A stretch of DNA of 64,000 nucleotides, taken from positions 236,918 to 300,917 of the forward strand of contig MU619261.1 in assembly GCA_025201805.1 (NCBI GenBank). Reading direction: 5' to 3'. Below the pieces are notes generated by a model, which searched no databases, was not told where the DNA came from, and saw nothing but the letters and a program-made list of their open reading frames with translations. The stretch is from Parasitella parasitica NRRL 2501. Taxonomy: Eukaryota; Fungi; Mucoromycota. Within the stretch, counting starts at the first letter, position 1; each line of letters begins with the position of its first letter. The translations under genes and the position numbers were made by a program. Shown here piece after piece: positions 51,210-63,950 of the stretch.

Positions 51210-52576
51210 GGTTGTTTGTTTGTATACAAAGAAAAAAAAGAAGAGGCATATTGGTAGATTTCTGCACAGGTATATAAAACGACGGGAAAAAAAAATACCC
51301 TTGTCCAATAACCTTCATTTCTGTTAGTCATAATCTGGGCATCGTTCATGACTAATAATCGAGAAATCGCTGTAGTCGTGCTATCATATTATCATGGCAA
51401 TGAAAACCTTTTGCCTGTTTTCTGATCATTTGCATTCTTCCACGTATACTTGTGTCATAAAAGTATGAATCTGTACAAGCAATGGGGCATAAATATCAAG
51501 ATTCGGGTTCCGTGATTACATAATCCAGAGGCACCAATATTTGTTAGTAATCTTGCAGATCCAAACCTAATGCCAGTCTTGCTGAAATATACTCAATAAT
51601 TAGATAGAAACCAATATGATTGTCTACAAAGATAGCATAATTATGTACATTCAGTCTTGCTGCCATCTAATGCAGATAAATCAGAAAATGGTACAAGTTA
51701 TCAGATCTGTATGAATCTTTTTTTTTTTTCAAAGCTGTCTAACCATCAAAATACGTGCAAGAAATTTTATCAACGCCATAACTGGGTATGTTGTTTAGAA
51801 CTTTGAAGGCATAGCAGATGGTTGAATAAAGACCTCTGAATCGCGCCAAATGGTTTTCAAAGCTCGTAGCTACCTTCAAATGCCTTTTTCACGAAAAGAA
51901 CATTCAGTGAAAAATTGGCGATTTTCCATAAAGCGTAATAAGGGCAAAATGAAATTCAAAAAGCTTAAATTTGCGATTATTCACGCTTGAATCATTGAAT
52001 GCAGGATTTAAACCTATGCAAGAGGGCTTAGAAGTACACAACATATTTTTTTTTTTAGATTTGAAAGATATTGACGAGCAAATGATGCCCAAAATCTGGT
52101 CGCCTGGACCCCTTCGATTAAAAACAATAATGTATCGGTGTGTTAGTATTTTTCGGCTGGCAGCCAGGTTTAGCTGTTGCTTCAGGTAGCAAGCTGCCTC
52201 GCGAGGGCTACCTGGAGGATTGAACATGATAACGGGTCAAGATGTCTAAATAAAAGACTTTTTTATTTTATTTAATTATTTTCAAGTATATTTTATAGTT
52301 TGGTAGATTACGATATAAGATGTTTGGTTTTCGCCATTGCATGTGATAATGATTTTGCATGCATTGTGCAAATCGAGTACTAATAACAGAATCCGAATTA
52401 TGTTGATATTCGTAATTCACATGAATGAGAAGAACCACAAGGAGGATGTCATTTGTTGAACAATGAATTGTATTCCATAATATGTTCATTTTCGGGAACA
52501 TGTATACATTTCTTTGCAACACTAGTCTATCATTACTTGAACTTGTAAAATGGCTCCTAGACTTTGCATGTTTATA

Positions 52577-52615
<39 letters not shown>

Positions 52616-53077
52616 CAAAAAAAAAATTACAAGAAAGATACTCGAACTTGTAAACATGGGTATCATAATAATGATCGATGTTCAAGATTTATATGGGCAA
52701 GTGGTGTCCCTGACTTGCATCGGCAAGTGTATCATATATGGCTGAATGTAAGATGTCTAAAAATACCGCCATAAAATACGATAATTGCTCAATGCGATGA
52801 AAGCCATTTTAAAAATTGATAACTCTTGATTGCTTTAAAATTTTCTCAAAATACGATGTAAAGCAATTTCGATGAATGTAAGAGGATCCCAAGGTCCACA
52901 CCATGTGTGTTTGATTTGCATTATGACTCTTTTTTTGTACGGTGATGATCATGTATCGCAACGCATGGCAATCATGTGGTATAATAGATGTATATACTGA
53001 GTGCTCATTTTTTCATGATTGACGATATTACATTTATAATTTCAAACGATTATACTGAAGATTATCATGATAGCAGA

Positions 53078-53120
<43 letters not shown>

Positions 53121-53350
53121 CTTGTATTGTTAGTGTCACGAAACCAAAGAGGAAAATTATGCCGTAGAACAAGTGGAGATATTAATTATGCAATCATCCC
53201 TGAAATAGATAAGGGGAGGGGGTGAGGAGCAGGAGGGCAGACAAAGAAGGAAAAAGGAAGCAAAATCCAGCAGCTTGATTCCTCTTTTCTCTTTTACCTT
53301 ACATATTAGCCTGATAGTGTGTTATGTTAATTTCATGAATCAAAAAGAGT

Positions 53351-54106
53351 ATGAATATTCAATATAGTAGTACTAGCAGCACTTCTGATACAACTACTAC
53401 TGATATTGTAACAATAGCAACGACGACAGAAGAATCATCGTCTACTTTGTTACATAGGCTCCACACAAATGAAAGACAATTGAGAACACTGGCTGTTATT
53501 CTTAGTTTAACCGGTGGTCTTTCCTTATCTTTTGCGCTTGGCGTAGGTATTTTGATATACTGGTATACTCGAAAATGCAAGCAAAGACGAAAACAGCACA
53601 CAAAAAATGTGAAAGATGACGACCACTGCGAAGAAGGTGATGATGATGATGGTGATGACGAAAAGTCGTGCACCGCTACAAACTACTCTTATTGCTCAAG
53701 CTGCAATATGATGGTACCAGATCAGCAACTAGACATTACCTCAGAAATTCATAATACTAGCGACACAGTCATAATGCAGTCATCCATCAACACTGATGCA
53801 CCATTACCCATACCATTGATAACCACCGCAGCGACTTCCATGACCTCGTCTTCATCGTCGCCGCTACCATCCACATCTGCTGCCTCGTCTGCTCATCGCA
53901 TAGAAACAACAGATCTAATGAATTTACCCCCACCTCCAACCTCTCATTTACCACCAACGCCTGAACCATCCGCGCCTTCTGCTAAAGAGTTGCATCATTT
54001 GAATTCAAGCAGTAGTAGATCAAATAATCATCAGACAGAACAAGAAGAGGAGGAACTATGCCATGATTGTCTAGTTCCGCCACCAGCATATACCAAGGAA
54101 TTGTAA
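53351..54106 (+). CDS. Single-pass membrane protein with cytosolic PSAP and PPxY motifs
   Basis: S/T-rich N-terminus; TM LAVILSLTGGLSLSFALGVGILIYWY; basic stop-transfer; EPSAPSAKEL and PPPAY near the C-terminus. Confidence 0.7.
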   Translation: MNIQYSSTSSTSDTTTTDIVTIATTTEESSSTLLHRLHTNERQLRTLAVILSLTGGLSLSFALGVGILIYWYTRKCKQRRKQHTKNVKDDDHCEEGDDDDGDDEKSCTATNYSYCSSCNMMVPDQQLDITSEIHNTSDTVIMQSSINTDAPLPIPLITTAATSMTSSSSSPLPSTSAASSAHRIETTDLMNLPPPPTSHLPPTPEPSAPSAKELHHLNSSSSRSNNHQTEQEEEELCHDCLVPPPAYTKEL

Positions 54107-54224
54107 ATATGATCAACAGTGGAATTTTATGTGAAAAAAAAGAGTAGAAGTAGTACGAATGATGACAAAGGAATCTAATAATAATAAAATCGATGCTTTC
54201 CATTGTTGGAAGCAGGCCATGGAT

Positions 54225-54980
54225 TCATGTCAACTGTGATAGAGTACTTCCTGTGGTTGAAGGGGGAGGACTAGGCTTGTTACTGGCACTGCCTAATTTG
54301 AACATACGACCGAGAGATGACCGAAGTGAATAGTTTGAGCTAGTTGATTTTGGTTTCAATGTGCGTTTATAAGAGTCCTATTTCAAGGAGAGTTTAACCA
54401 TTTGTAGCAGGAAACGACATGCTCCATAAAGTATACTTACTAGATATGCTATTTGTGGTTTATTAAATGCCCCTCGTCGCTTTCCTCTAATGAACTCAAT
54501 CGCATCAAGTGGCTTCATCCCCATTTCAATAAGAGCAATGGCTACCAACGCAGGCGCTCTGCCCAGTCCTGCTACACAATGAACAGCAATTGTTGGTGCA
54601 GGAGTGCCTCCCTCTTTTGCTGTTTCAGCTAGCTGTTTATTTTTTTCTACGAGTTGTAACCATTCGCGCACAATCTGTGGTGGAGGCTAGTTCAGCCGTT
54701 AGGATATATCTCTTTCTCCTCCTCTTTTATCTCTACTTACCGCACCACCATCTTTGAATGGAAGATCTAATACTTGTATATTTCTCTCAGTTAAGCGGGC
54801 TGCACTGTACGTAGGTTGGCAGCATCGAACTACAGCAACGACATTTAGTCGCATAAATTCTTCCATGTAAAAATCCAATGTCGATTCAGTTGGGCAATCA
54901 AGAATCAAAAAGCGCAAAGACGAGTTTGGACAATCAATGACTGTAAGCATGCGTCCGAGAGGAGAACCATTTCGAGACAT
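54225..54980 (-). CDS. PRL/PTP4A-type protein tyrosine phosphatase
   Basis: [60 protein letters not shown]. Two introns; the last exon ends ...STLSQLT*. Confidence 0.92.
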
Positions 54981-55003
54981 TTTTTAGAATAAATAAGTAT
55001 ATG

Positions 55004-55040
<37 letters not shown>

Positions 55041-55490
55041 TATGAAAAGGATATAAGCAGCTACTATCGTGGGTCTTGTTGATGGTGTTTCTTTGTTTGG
55101 AAAATAAGGAGTTACTTATGGATGCAAGCACGAGGTGAAAGTGTCGTCGCCGTGAATGAAGAGGATTTGATCAGACTTTAGACCAAAAATGCACAACATA
55201 AAAAATCAAAAGAGAAAAGAAGATGGAAAAGAAATAGAAAAAATCTTTTTCCAATTTAATACTCATGTTTCTCCGCTTTTTTTTGTTCTGAATGAGGATG
55301 TTGATCAGCATAGCACTACTCCACGTGATAATAAAACTTTCCATCTGTAATTGGCCTGTTCATGAATGAGAGGGAAAGGATCCTCCCCTTTATGATGTAT
55401 ATTGTTCTGATTGATGGTTGCCATGGAAACCAAACATTATCATTGCAATTTTAATCAACCCGCGTGCTCCAATGAAATGCTATATTTTAT

Positions 55491-57227
55491 TTACCACAGT
55501 AATTTCAGAGGGATAGATGATGGCTCATCATCCAAGGATACGTTGGCGTCACTACCGACATCATCATCGTAGGAATAAGTATCGAGGTCGCTGTTATTGT
55601 CGTCATAGGAGCCGCTGCTTGAAGTGGAATCCCATCCTCGCATCTCATCAAAGATGGAACCGACATAGTTGAATTTAGACTCCCACTCCCGGGCAGCAGC
55701 GGAAGATTCAGGCAGGAGGTACATACGACACTCTAAATCATCAGGAACCCAGTCTCTTTTGCTTTTGCTGACTGAATTCTCTGTGAATTGCAGGGCAATT
55801 CCCCTCGCTCCAATATCGATACGGATCTCTTCGCCATCTTCTTCGGATGGGTCAAAAGCGCTTATGAAGTGATTCAAGGGAATGACATAGAGGGGAGGTC
55901 GATTCTACGTCCAACGGTCAGCACAATGGGGATACCACTTCTGCAGCACATACCTCTTTGTATTCGAAATCATACAGCTCAAACTGAACGCCACGTAAAA
56001 CACCCCAAAAGCGTTCCCATCTCTACATGAGCAGCAGCAATTAATCGTTTTCAATAACATGGCAAGATGCTATACTTACAGGAACCATGCCAGTATGAAC
56101 GTAGGCAGTAATGAAGTCCTCGAACAGGATGGTGTTATTTAGCATATTTTGTGTTCTGCGACTTACAAATGTGCCGTGAACAACCAGCAGCTGAATGTCG
56201 TTGCTTTGTCCTGCGGCTGGATTGCTGTTTAGGACAAATCTCTCTGTCGTCTTTGATTTAGGATGCAGAGCAATTTGAATGGTCTCTTGGCCCAAGCAGG
56301 CTTCTTGTTTCTGGCTACGACTTTGAAATAGGCTGCTGCTTTTGTTTTGGGCATAGATGCTGATGGTAGCAGTTGTCTGATTGTCTACGTCGCTGTATAG
56401 AGCGTTAGTATATCGACGAATGCGCTGACAAGGCTACTTGCAAAAGGAATGTTTCGTCAAACTGCGCAATGGAACTTTGTCTGCCAGTTTTTTCACTGGT
56501 AATTTGGGAGCTCAAGCACGTCTCTTGGTTGACCTGCACACCGCAGCGAAATAAGCGCGCTATAAACGTATTAGCATAGTCTAATACTCACATATTCAAC
56601 TTACTTTTTGATGTGTCTGTTGCAATCACTTGCAAAACTGTAGGTTCGATTAGTAAAAGCTGTCTCATTACGCGTAAATAGAATACCTCGCAAATAAAAC
56701 ATGCCCTTGGGCTTTGTCTGTGCAGATCTTGGATATGAAGAGCTAATACTGCGAGTCAAAGGCTTTCGCAAGACTATAGATTTGTTATAGTTTGTAAGCG
56801 GATTTTTTACAAGCGTCGATGTTTGCTCGTCCTTGATCCAATTCAGCTTTTCCACCGGCAGTGACTCTAGTGTATGAAAAGGTCCGTTGTAATGAACAAG
56901 CGGCTCGTTGTCTACATTTTTGGCTGTCTTTTTTGCAGAGGAAGAGATAATCTTTTCTGTTGCTGATTTTTGCATGATTTGGCTGCTTTGCTGTGGCATG
57001 ATCCTTCTGTTATGCCCCACTCGAAATGTTGTGCTGGCATTTGAAATTTGTTGCATTGTTTGACTCATAAAACTGCGAAAAGATGCGGTAGAGATTGACG
57101 ACGATAATGAAGCTGTCGTTGATAATGACAAGTTACTGAGCAAATCTGATTTTCGAAACCTACTTCGTGAAGAAGACATGGGTGGACTTGGGAGTAGGGG
57201 GTTTCTTATTGTAGGATAATTTGACAT
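55491..57227 (-). CDS. C2 + PH domain protein (anillin/Bud4 C-terminus-like), multi-exon
   Basis: C2-like GMFYLRVLQV...QFDETFLFDVD..TISIYAQ...LGQETIQI; PH-like FEDFITAY..RWERFWGVLRGVQFELYDFE...AREWESKF. Confidence 0.7.
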
Positions 57228-57270
57228 TGTTAAATAGTCAAATAGTCAAGGAGAGGATGTGTTATTTCAG

Positions 57271-57273
<3 letters not shown>

Positions 57274-57317
<44 letters not shown>
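57274..57317. repeat. (GA)n microsatellite in a divergent promoter region
   Basis: Pure GA run. Confidence 0.9.
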
Positions 57318-57320
<3 letters not shown>

Positions 57321-57624
57321 ATAAATAATGCTTCATGGTTCAGGAACATACCGTTCTTTCATCGGAAGATTTCATTCATTGTAAACAAGACTATCCTTAT
57401 GAAATGCGTGTGTATCATGATTGTCTATAGACCGTTGCATCTGCAACTATTTACCATTTGGCATGGATTGAATGTCTAGATGCGGAGTGTCTTACGTGTG
57501 TATCAGCGACCACTATTAGTACTAACATAGGCGGACGCTCAAAAACCGTAAGCTGCCGCCAAGTGTGCGTTTGTAAGAGAGTAGTTGTGAAGCCTTTTTC
57601 TCCTATCGCCCTTTTGTATGAAAA

Positions 57625-59639
57625 ATGCTTCCTACGCACCGTATTATGAAGAGCGGTCGTGGCGATTTTTATGAAGACGATAAATATAGCAAGACAAACA
57701 ATTACGGATCTCGTGTAATTAAAATGGCACTAGAACTCATCATGAAACTAATGTACGCAATAGAAATCCTGGCGCAACAAGATATGGATTGGTCTAGGCG
57801 TTGTTGCCTTTTGCATGATATGCTATACATACATCCAAACAGATAATGCCCATGAAAGGGACCCCATTCTAGATGTAGATAAAGCCAGGCCTGATTACGG
57901 CCCTATTGCTGATAATGCGAAAGATGAGCCAACAAAAATTCATCCAGTGCTTGTAGCAGAAGAAGAAGAAGAAGAAGAGATATTTGAAGTGGCAGACGAC
58001 GATTTCGAGCAAGAAATTATTAGCATAGATAAACAGCCAACGAATATCTTGTTCACTCAGCATCCTCCACCTCTATCGCTGACACCAAAAAGCCCATTGT
58101 TGGCTTTTCGCCAACAGACAATTATCGAGGCTTTCCAGCATGCGTGGAGGGGTTACTCTAAAGACGCATACGGCCTGGATGAATATCAGCCATTGACGCA
58201 CTCAGGACATAATTGGGCCCCTGGTGGAGTCGGACTGATGATTGTAGATTCCTTGGATACAATAATGCTGATGAACCTCACCAAAGAATACGACCAGGCA
58301 CGGACTTGGATTGAGACCAATTTGGATTTCAACAAAAATCAAGATGTCAATGTATTTGAGACAACCATACGAGTACTGGGCGGTTTGTTATCAGCATACC
58401 ATTTATCCAACAATGATCCTCTTTATCTCAGAAAAGCAGTGGATTTAGGTGATCGACTTTTACCTGCCTTTGACTCAGAATCTGGTATTCCATATTCTGG
58501 GATTACGCTATCAAACGGCGTCCCTGTTGGTTATGGCCCGAGCAGCACAGCAGAAGCAACTACTGTTCAATTAGAATTTAGATATTTGAGCCATCTTACA
58601 GGCGATATGAAGTATTGGAACGCTGTTGAAAAGGTAATGGATAGAATGAGCGAATTGGTTGAAGCAAAGGACAGCTCTGCATTGGATGGCTTGGTGCCAA
58701 TCTATATAGACCCTTATTCTGGAAACTTTGCATCGAGAGAGATTCGGCTTGGCTCTCGTGGTGACAGTTACTATGGTAAGCCATATATGCTTAATACAAA
58801 CAAATGCAATGAGTTCTAAACTCAATATTAGAGTATCTATTGAAATTATACCTTCAAACTGACAAAGCCGAAATCAAGTATCGAGAGAGATATGATCATG
58901 CAGTGGACGGCATCAAGCAGCATTTGATACAGTACAGTTATCCCAGTCATTTAACGTATATAGCTGAATTGATGGATAGCTCGCAGCCCAACAATATTCA
59001 CCCAAAAATGGACCATTTAGTGTGTTTTATGGGCGGCAGTTTTGCACTTGGAGTGACAGAAGGAGCATCTATCCATGATTTGGATCCATTAGATAAGAAG
59101 GATGGCGAGGATTTCAAGCTGGCTCAAGAATTGACAAGAACATGTTACGAAATGTACAATATGACTGCAACTGGCTTGGCAAGTGAAATCGTCTACTTTA
59201 ATACAAACCCTGATAGTGGACCTGAGGATCCTGATATGGACATCCACATGAGAGATAAACACAACCTTTTGCGTCCAGAAACATTAGAGACTCTATTTAT
59301 CATGTACAGAACAACAGGCGAAGAGAAATATCGGTAAACGTGAAATAGAACGCCTTTAGATCAAACTTGAATACTGACGAATGCTTTTTATATAGTGAGT
59401 GGGCATGGAATATCTTTGAATCGTTTCAGACATATACAAAATTACCTGACGGGGGATATGCAGCTTTAAAAGACGTTACAGTGATCCCACCTCCTGCTGA
59501 TAATAGGATGGATACCTTTTTTTTAGCAGAGACATTAAAGTACTTGTACTTGATATTTAGTCCTAATGATATTATACCGTTGGAAAATTATGTATTGAAC
59601 ACAGAAGCACACCCATTGCCTGTGTTTTCAACGTTTTAA
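57625..59639 (+). CDS. MNS1: ER alpha-1,2-mannosidase, GH47 (Mns1-like), type II membrane protein
   Basis: AFQHAWRGY, DSLDT, VFETTIRVLGGLLSAY, AEATTVQLEF, GSRGDSYY|EYL, MDHLVCF, LLRPETLE, FFLAETLKYLYL, NTEAHP. TM anchor IWIGLGVVAFCMICY follows intron ~57715-57763. Confidence 0.95.
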
Positions 59640-60088
59640 ATAAATGTCTATATCTTTTGGCATAATACCTCAATACTAGCAATTTTACCACTGAAAAAAA
59701 GATTGACATTTCTGGTTTTTTATCAATTTGCCTCTATTTTCTGTTCAAGCTCGTCAATCACGTCTCGCAACAATTGACATTCTCTGTTTTAATAAAATGT
59801 TGTGGTTTGAACTAACTTGAATCAATCGCAACAACGGCATAGAAATTGGTCAATGCTGCCTCAGAATTCCCAATATTTAGTCAAGAAGTGAGCAGTATTG
59901 ATTGATAGTTTCAGGGGCATTGTTTCTCAATACAGGGTCGATCTCGGAATTAATACCCTTCACATGCCACAGCCTTGCTTTTCCCACGATTTTTGGTTAA
60001 AAAATAATTGACTCGCTCTAAATAAAATTGCGGAGGCACCAATTTGGGTTCGAGCTCTCTTTTTCTTTCAAAAGAGATTACACATTGA

Positions 60089-61317
60089 ATGCAAACAACA
60101 ACGGCCAATTCTTTGCAGCCTATAGTATCCGCTAATGTATCTACCAAGAAAAAAGCCTCAAAACGCAAGAATGAACATAGCCTGGACTATGTTGTGCGCT
60201 CAGGATTAGCAGGTGGGGTTGCCGGTTGCGTGGTAAGGTTTTTGTAATTTTAGCAAATCAAATTGACATTTTCATTATTATACGCAGGGAAAAACTGTCA
60301 TTGCTCCTCTAGATAGAGTTAAAATCTTATTCCAAGCAAGAAACCCTGTATTTGAAAAGTACTCTGGTAGGTTTACTGGTGTATTCGAGGCAGGAAGGGA
60401 TATTTTCAAAAGAGAAGGCACAATGGGATTATTCCAGGGGCATTCAGTCACCCTATTGCGAATCTTTCCGTATGCTGCAATCAAGTTTGTAGCATTCGAG
60501 CAGATCAGAGCTATTCTCATGCCAACAATTGAAACAAGAGACTCATCTACCCGCCAATTCATTGCAGGCTCATTAGCTGGTAAAGAAGCGATTTTTGTTT
60601 GCTTACGACTGTTGTATTCATATCTATACTGCAGGTGTAACTTCTGTCATGTTTACATATCCGCTAGATCTTGTCCGTGTAAGAATGGCGTATGAAGTCC
60701 GCGAAAAAGGAGCAAAAAGATTGGGATTGGTAGAGGTGTGCAAGATCATTCACAAGGAACCAGCGCAACGCATTCATGTTTTCAATTTCTACCGAGGATT
60801 TTTACCCACAATCGTCGGCATGACTCCCTATGCTGGTGTATCGTTTTGGTTTCACCATATTGCCACTCGATTTTGCCGCCACCATCCAATGGCCACACCT
60901 TTTACCAGAGAAGCGATTGCCGCATTCGATGAATTTGCAGAGGATCTAACGTTTGATCAAAAGAAATATCTAGAGAAGCCTCCGCTTAAAACCTGGGCCG
61001 AGTTATTATGTGGCGGGCTATCTGGGTTAGTGGCACAAACAAGCAGTTATCCTTTGGAGGTAAATCATTAACAGTGATAACACAATACATGTATCTAAAT
61101 CTGGATTCAGATTATCCGTAGAAGAATGCAAGTAGGCGGTTTGCTGGAACCACACAAATTTGTCCGCATCAAAGATGCTGTCAATGACATATACCTAGCC
61201 AAAGGATTCAAGGGATTTTATGTTGGGTTGACAATTGGCTACATTAAAGTGATACCCATGATGGCTGTAAGTTTTCTTGCGTATGATCGAATGAAGCAAA
61301 CTTTAGATATTGCATGA
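60089..61317 (+). CDS. LEU5: Mitochondrial carrier, Leu5/SLC25A16 (coenzyme A carrier)
   Basis: [18 protein letters not shown]|[71 protein letters not shown]|IIRRRMQV. Confidence 0.93.
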
Positions 61318-61595
61318 ATACCTCGATTCATTGTAAATAGACCTTTTTCTTTTTCTTTTATACAAAATCAATCTTTTGGTGAAATAAATGTACATATACA
61401 CAAGCTAATAATTTATACTATATATGTGTTGTTTTCCATGCCTTTGTGTACATCAACATTGATTATTTGGGATGAAATGGAAATGGGGTAAATCCTATAA
61501 AGGCACCATCCAGAAATAGACTGTGACCATTGTGATTTCACTGGAAATAATAACATCCGAGGTCCGTGTTTGATGATTCATCTTTTCTTGTAGAA

Positions 61596-62315
61596 ATGAT
61601 TAAAAGTATCATTGCAAATGGTTTATCGGGACATGGAGCTTCGACAGTGATGTCAGAAGGTAAACACAGCAGTAAAGATATACATTAAATTCTAAAGACT
61701 GTCCTATTGTAGTGGACTGCAGTCAGTTCAGTTCTTGTAGTTCGTGTATCGCACAACAAGTCTGTGGTTTCTGTGGAAATGTCAATAAGTGCGTCAGTGG
61801 TGGATGGTTTGGAGCATTGGACAAATCAAGCTGTGGCCTAAATGATTATTACTTTCACCAGTGCCATAGTAAATTTTGCGAGCAACCGATCTCAAATGAA
61901 TTACTAACGCATTTGATAATACACAGTGTCGACATTGCCGTTGGGAATTCTATCTATAGCCCTGGTTTCCATCATTGTTATAATACTTATTATTGGGTTG
62001 TCGATCCTTTGTTGCTGTTTCTGTTGCAAGTGTTGTCAGAGAGAGAATATCGAGGATGAAGATGAGGATAGACCATTATTAGGATCTAAATATCTGAGGA
62101 GATCATCCACATATTATCAGTGGAACAGACAACCGATAGTTGTTAACAAGATAAATCACACAGAAAATACAAAATCAACGTCATCTATTCCTGTGGATCA
62201 AGTGGGGGACGCAGAACCACCGTATTCATCATCAACAACTGCAAATAGCTGGGAAAATAGACGCACAGCATTATTAAAAAAATATGCTCGAGAACCTACA
62301 TTACCAAATGAATAA
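61596..62315 (+). CDS. PSI-domain single-pass membrane protein (PTTG1IP-like)
   Basis: CSQFSSCSSCIAQQVCGFCGNVNKCV...C...YYFHQC; TM; CCCFCCKCC; EDRPLL; RRTALLKKY. Introns at ~61660-61712 and ~61869-61927. Confidence 0.75.
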
Positions 62316-62569
62316 CTGTATTCAAATAAAAAATTACAATAAATCTTGCATTTTATAATCACCTGTATCATTTAGATTGCCAAGCGAACCTTTGAGATGC
62401 GGCATAAGCCATTGTTTGTAATAATTATCACCTTAATGCAGTGAGCTGTCGGTAAAATTCTACCAAATTTGGAGGAAACTAACCGACCTGTATAAGATGT
62501 GTATCTCTATAAAAGACAACATGTATTTGTCTGGTTTGTCATATGCAGAATACAATATATTTATCAGAA

Positions 62570-63435
62570 ATGAAAGACACATCCCGAGAATACACTGGCG
62601 TTCATTCCAAGCCAGGATATAAATCGACATACACAATATCATCAATGGAAGAAGGGCAGTTCAACCACACGCAAGTAAAGATCAAGCCAACAAGAATGGA
62701 GAGATTCATGGTTTTCTTGAGCTATGCAAGGCCATTGCTGACAATGCTATTTTTTGACGTTGGATTACCACTTGCTGTGTATTACATTCTGAAACTATGG
62801 CTCAGTGTATTGATTTCACTCGTCTTGTCAGGTATCCCACCATTATTACGCGCATTTTACATTTTTTGCAAAAGAAGGCATATTGATATCCTAGGCTGTA
62901 TCTGTGTCTTCTCTTTCATTTTATCCGCTATTCTGTCGATCATCAATGGAGATGCTAGATTGACCTTGCTGCGTAACTCCACTATTACAGCCGTCGTTAG
63001 CTTCATGTTCTTTGTCACTCTTATCCCTATCGAAACAAAATGGTTAAAAGTCAGGCCGATTTTCTTTTTATTCTCTCGTCTGAACAACCTCCAGTTGAAT
63101 GGGTAGATAAACAAGGTGTACATTACTCTCTGGAGATAGCGGAATGGACATGGCAACATGTTGCTTCCTACCGCAAGTTTTGCTATATTTTGAGCGCTAT
63201 GTGGGGTTCTGCCTTGCTAGGACACTTTGTGGCCAAGATTATCATGATTAAAAGTACATTAGACATTGACCATGTTATTCTTTACGGCAATGTCATCATA
63301 ATTTGCGTTATGGTTTCTATGACTTTGGGCACATTTTTAGTCGTACGATTTGTTGGTAAAAAAACTGCTATAGAGTTACAAATATGGTACAAGCAAAATA
63401 TGTATATAGATAAATCTCCATCAGAAAATCTGTGA
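62570..63435 (+). pseudogene. Frameshifted intronless multi-TM protein (VC0807-like membrane family)
   Basis: FDVGLPLAVYYILK, ISLVLSGIPPLL, RHIDILG, GDARLTLLRNS and RPIFF in one frame. The continuation SEQPPVEW...YRKFCYILSAMWG is in another frame, with the switch at ~63060-63085. Confidence 0.6.
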
Positions 63436-63594
63436 AAAGAACAGTATATGAAATACATTCACTATAATAATCTGCATTCCACTTCTAAATTCATCTACTT
63501 ACCTTAAATCAATATATACTATATATGTGCACAATTAATAAGATGTACAATACATATCTATATTATATGAGCTGGTTATTCTGCTCATTTTAGT

Positions 63595-63950
63595 GATTTT
63601 TACACCTTCGCTACGCTACGCTAAAAATCGTCCTTCACGTGGGTTCCATCTCGCTCTGCGAGGCTGCCAATCTCCATAATAAATGAAATTTTACTGTATT
63701 GTATTTATACGGCATAAAAGGAAATAGCGTGTAATTGTGGCACACTTGTCAAAATTAGATGCACACATTTTGAAATTCTGATGTGCAAGTAGCTGTTGTG
63801 TACATTTTTAGTTTCACACGAGCTTTCATACACCCCCCAAACTATGGTGAAAAAAATCGACCTTCGCTTCGCTTCGGTGATATTTTTCGACCTTCGTTCT
63901 ATTGGGGGGTGCATAGCTCGCGCCTGCAGCGGGCTGTCCCACTCGACAAT
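63595..63950. repeat. Imperfect hairpin/direct-repeat motifs (CCTTCGCT[AT]CGCT[AT]CG), probably a mobile-element end
   Basis: ccttcgctacgctacg at ~63605 and AAAAAATCGACC-TTCGCTTCGCTTC-GGTGATATTTTT at ~63851-63888; GC-rich relative to flanks. Confidence 0.4.
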
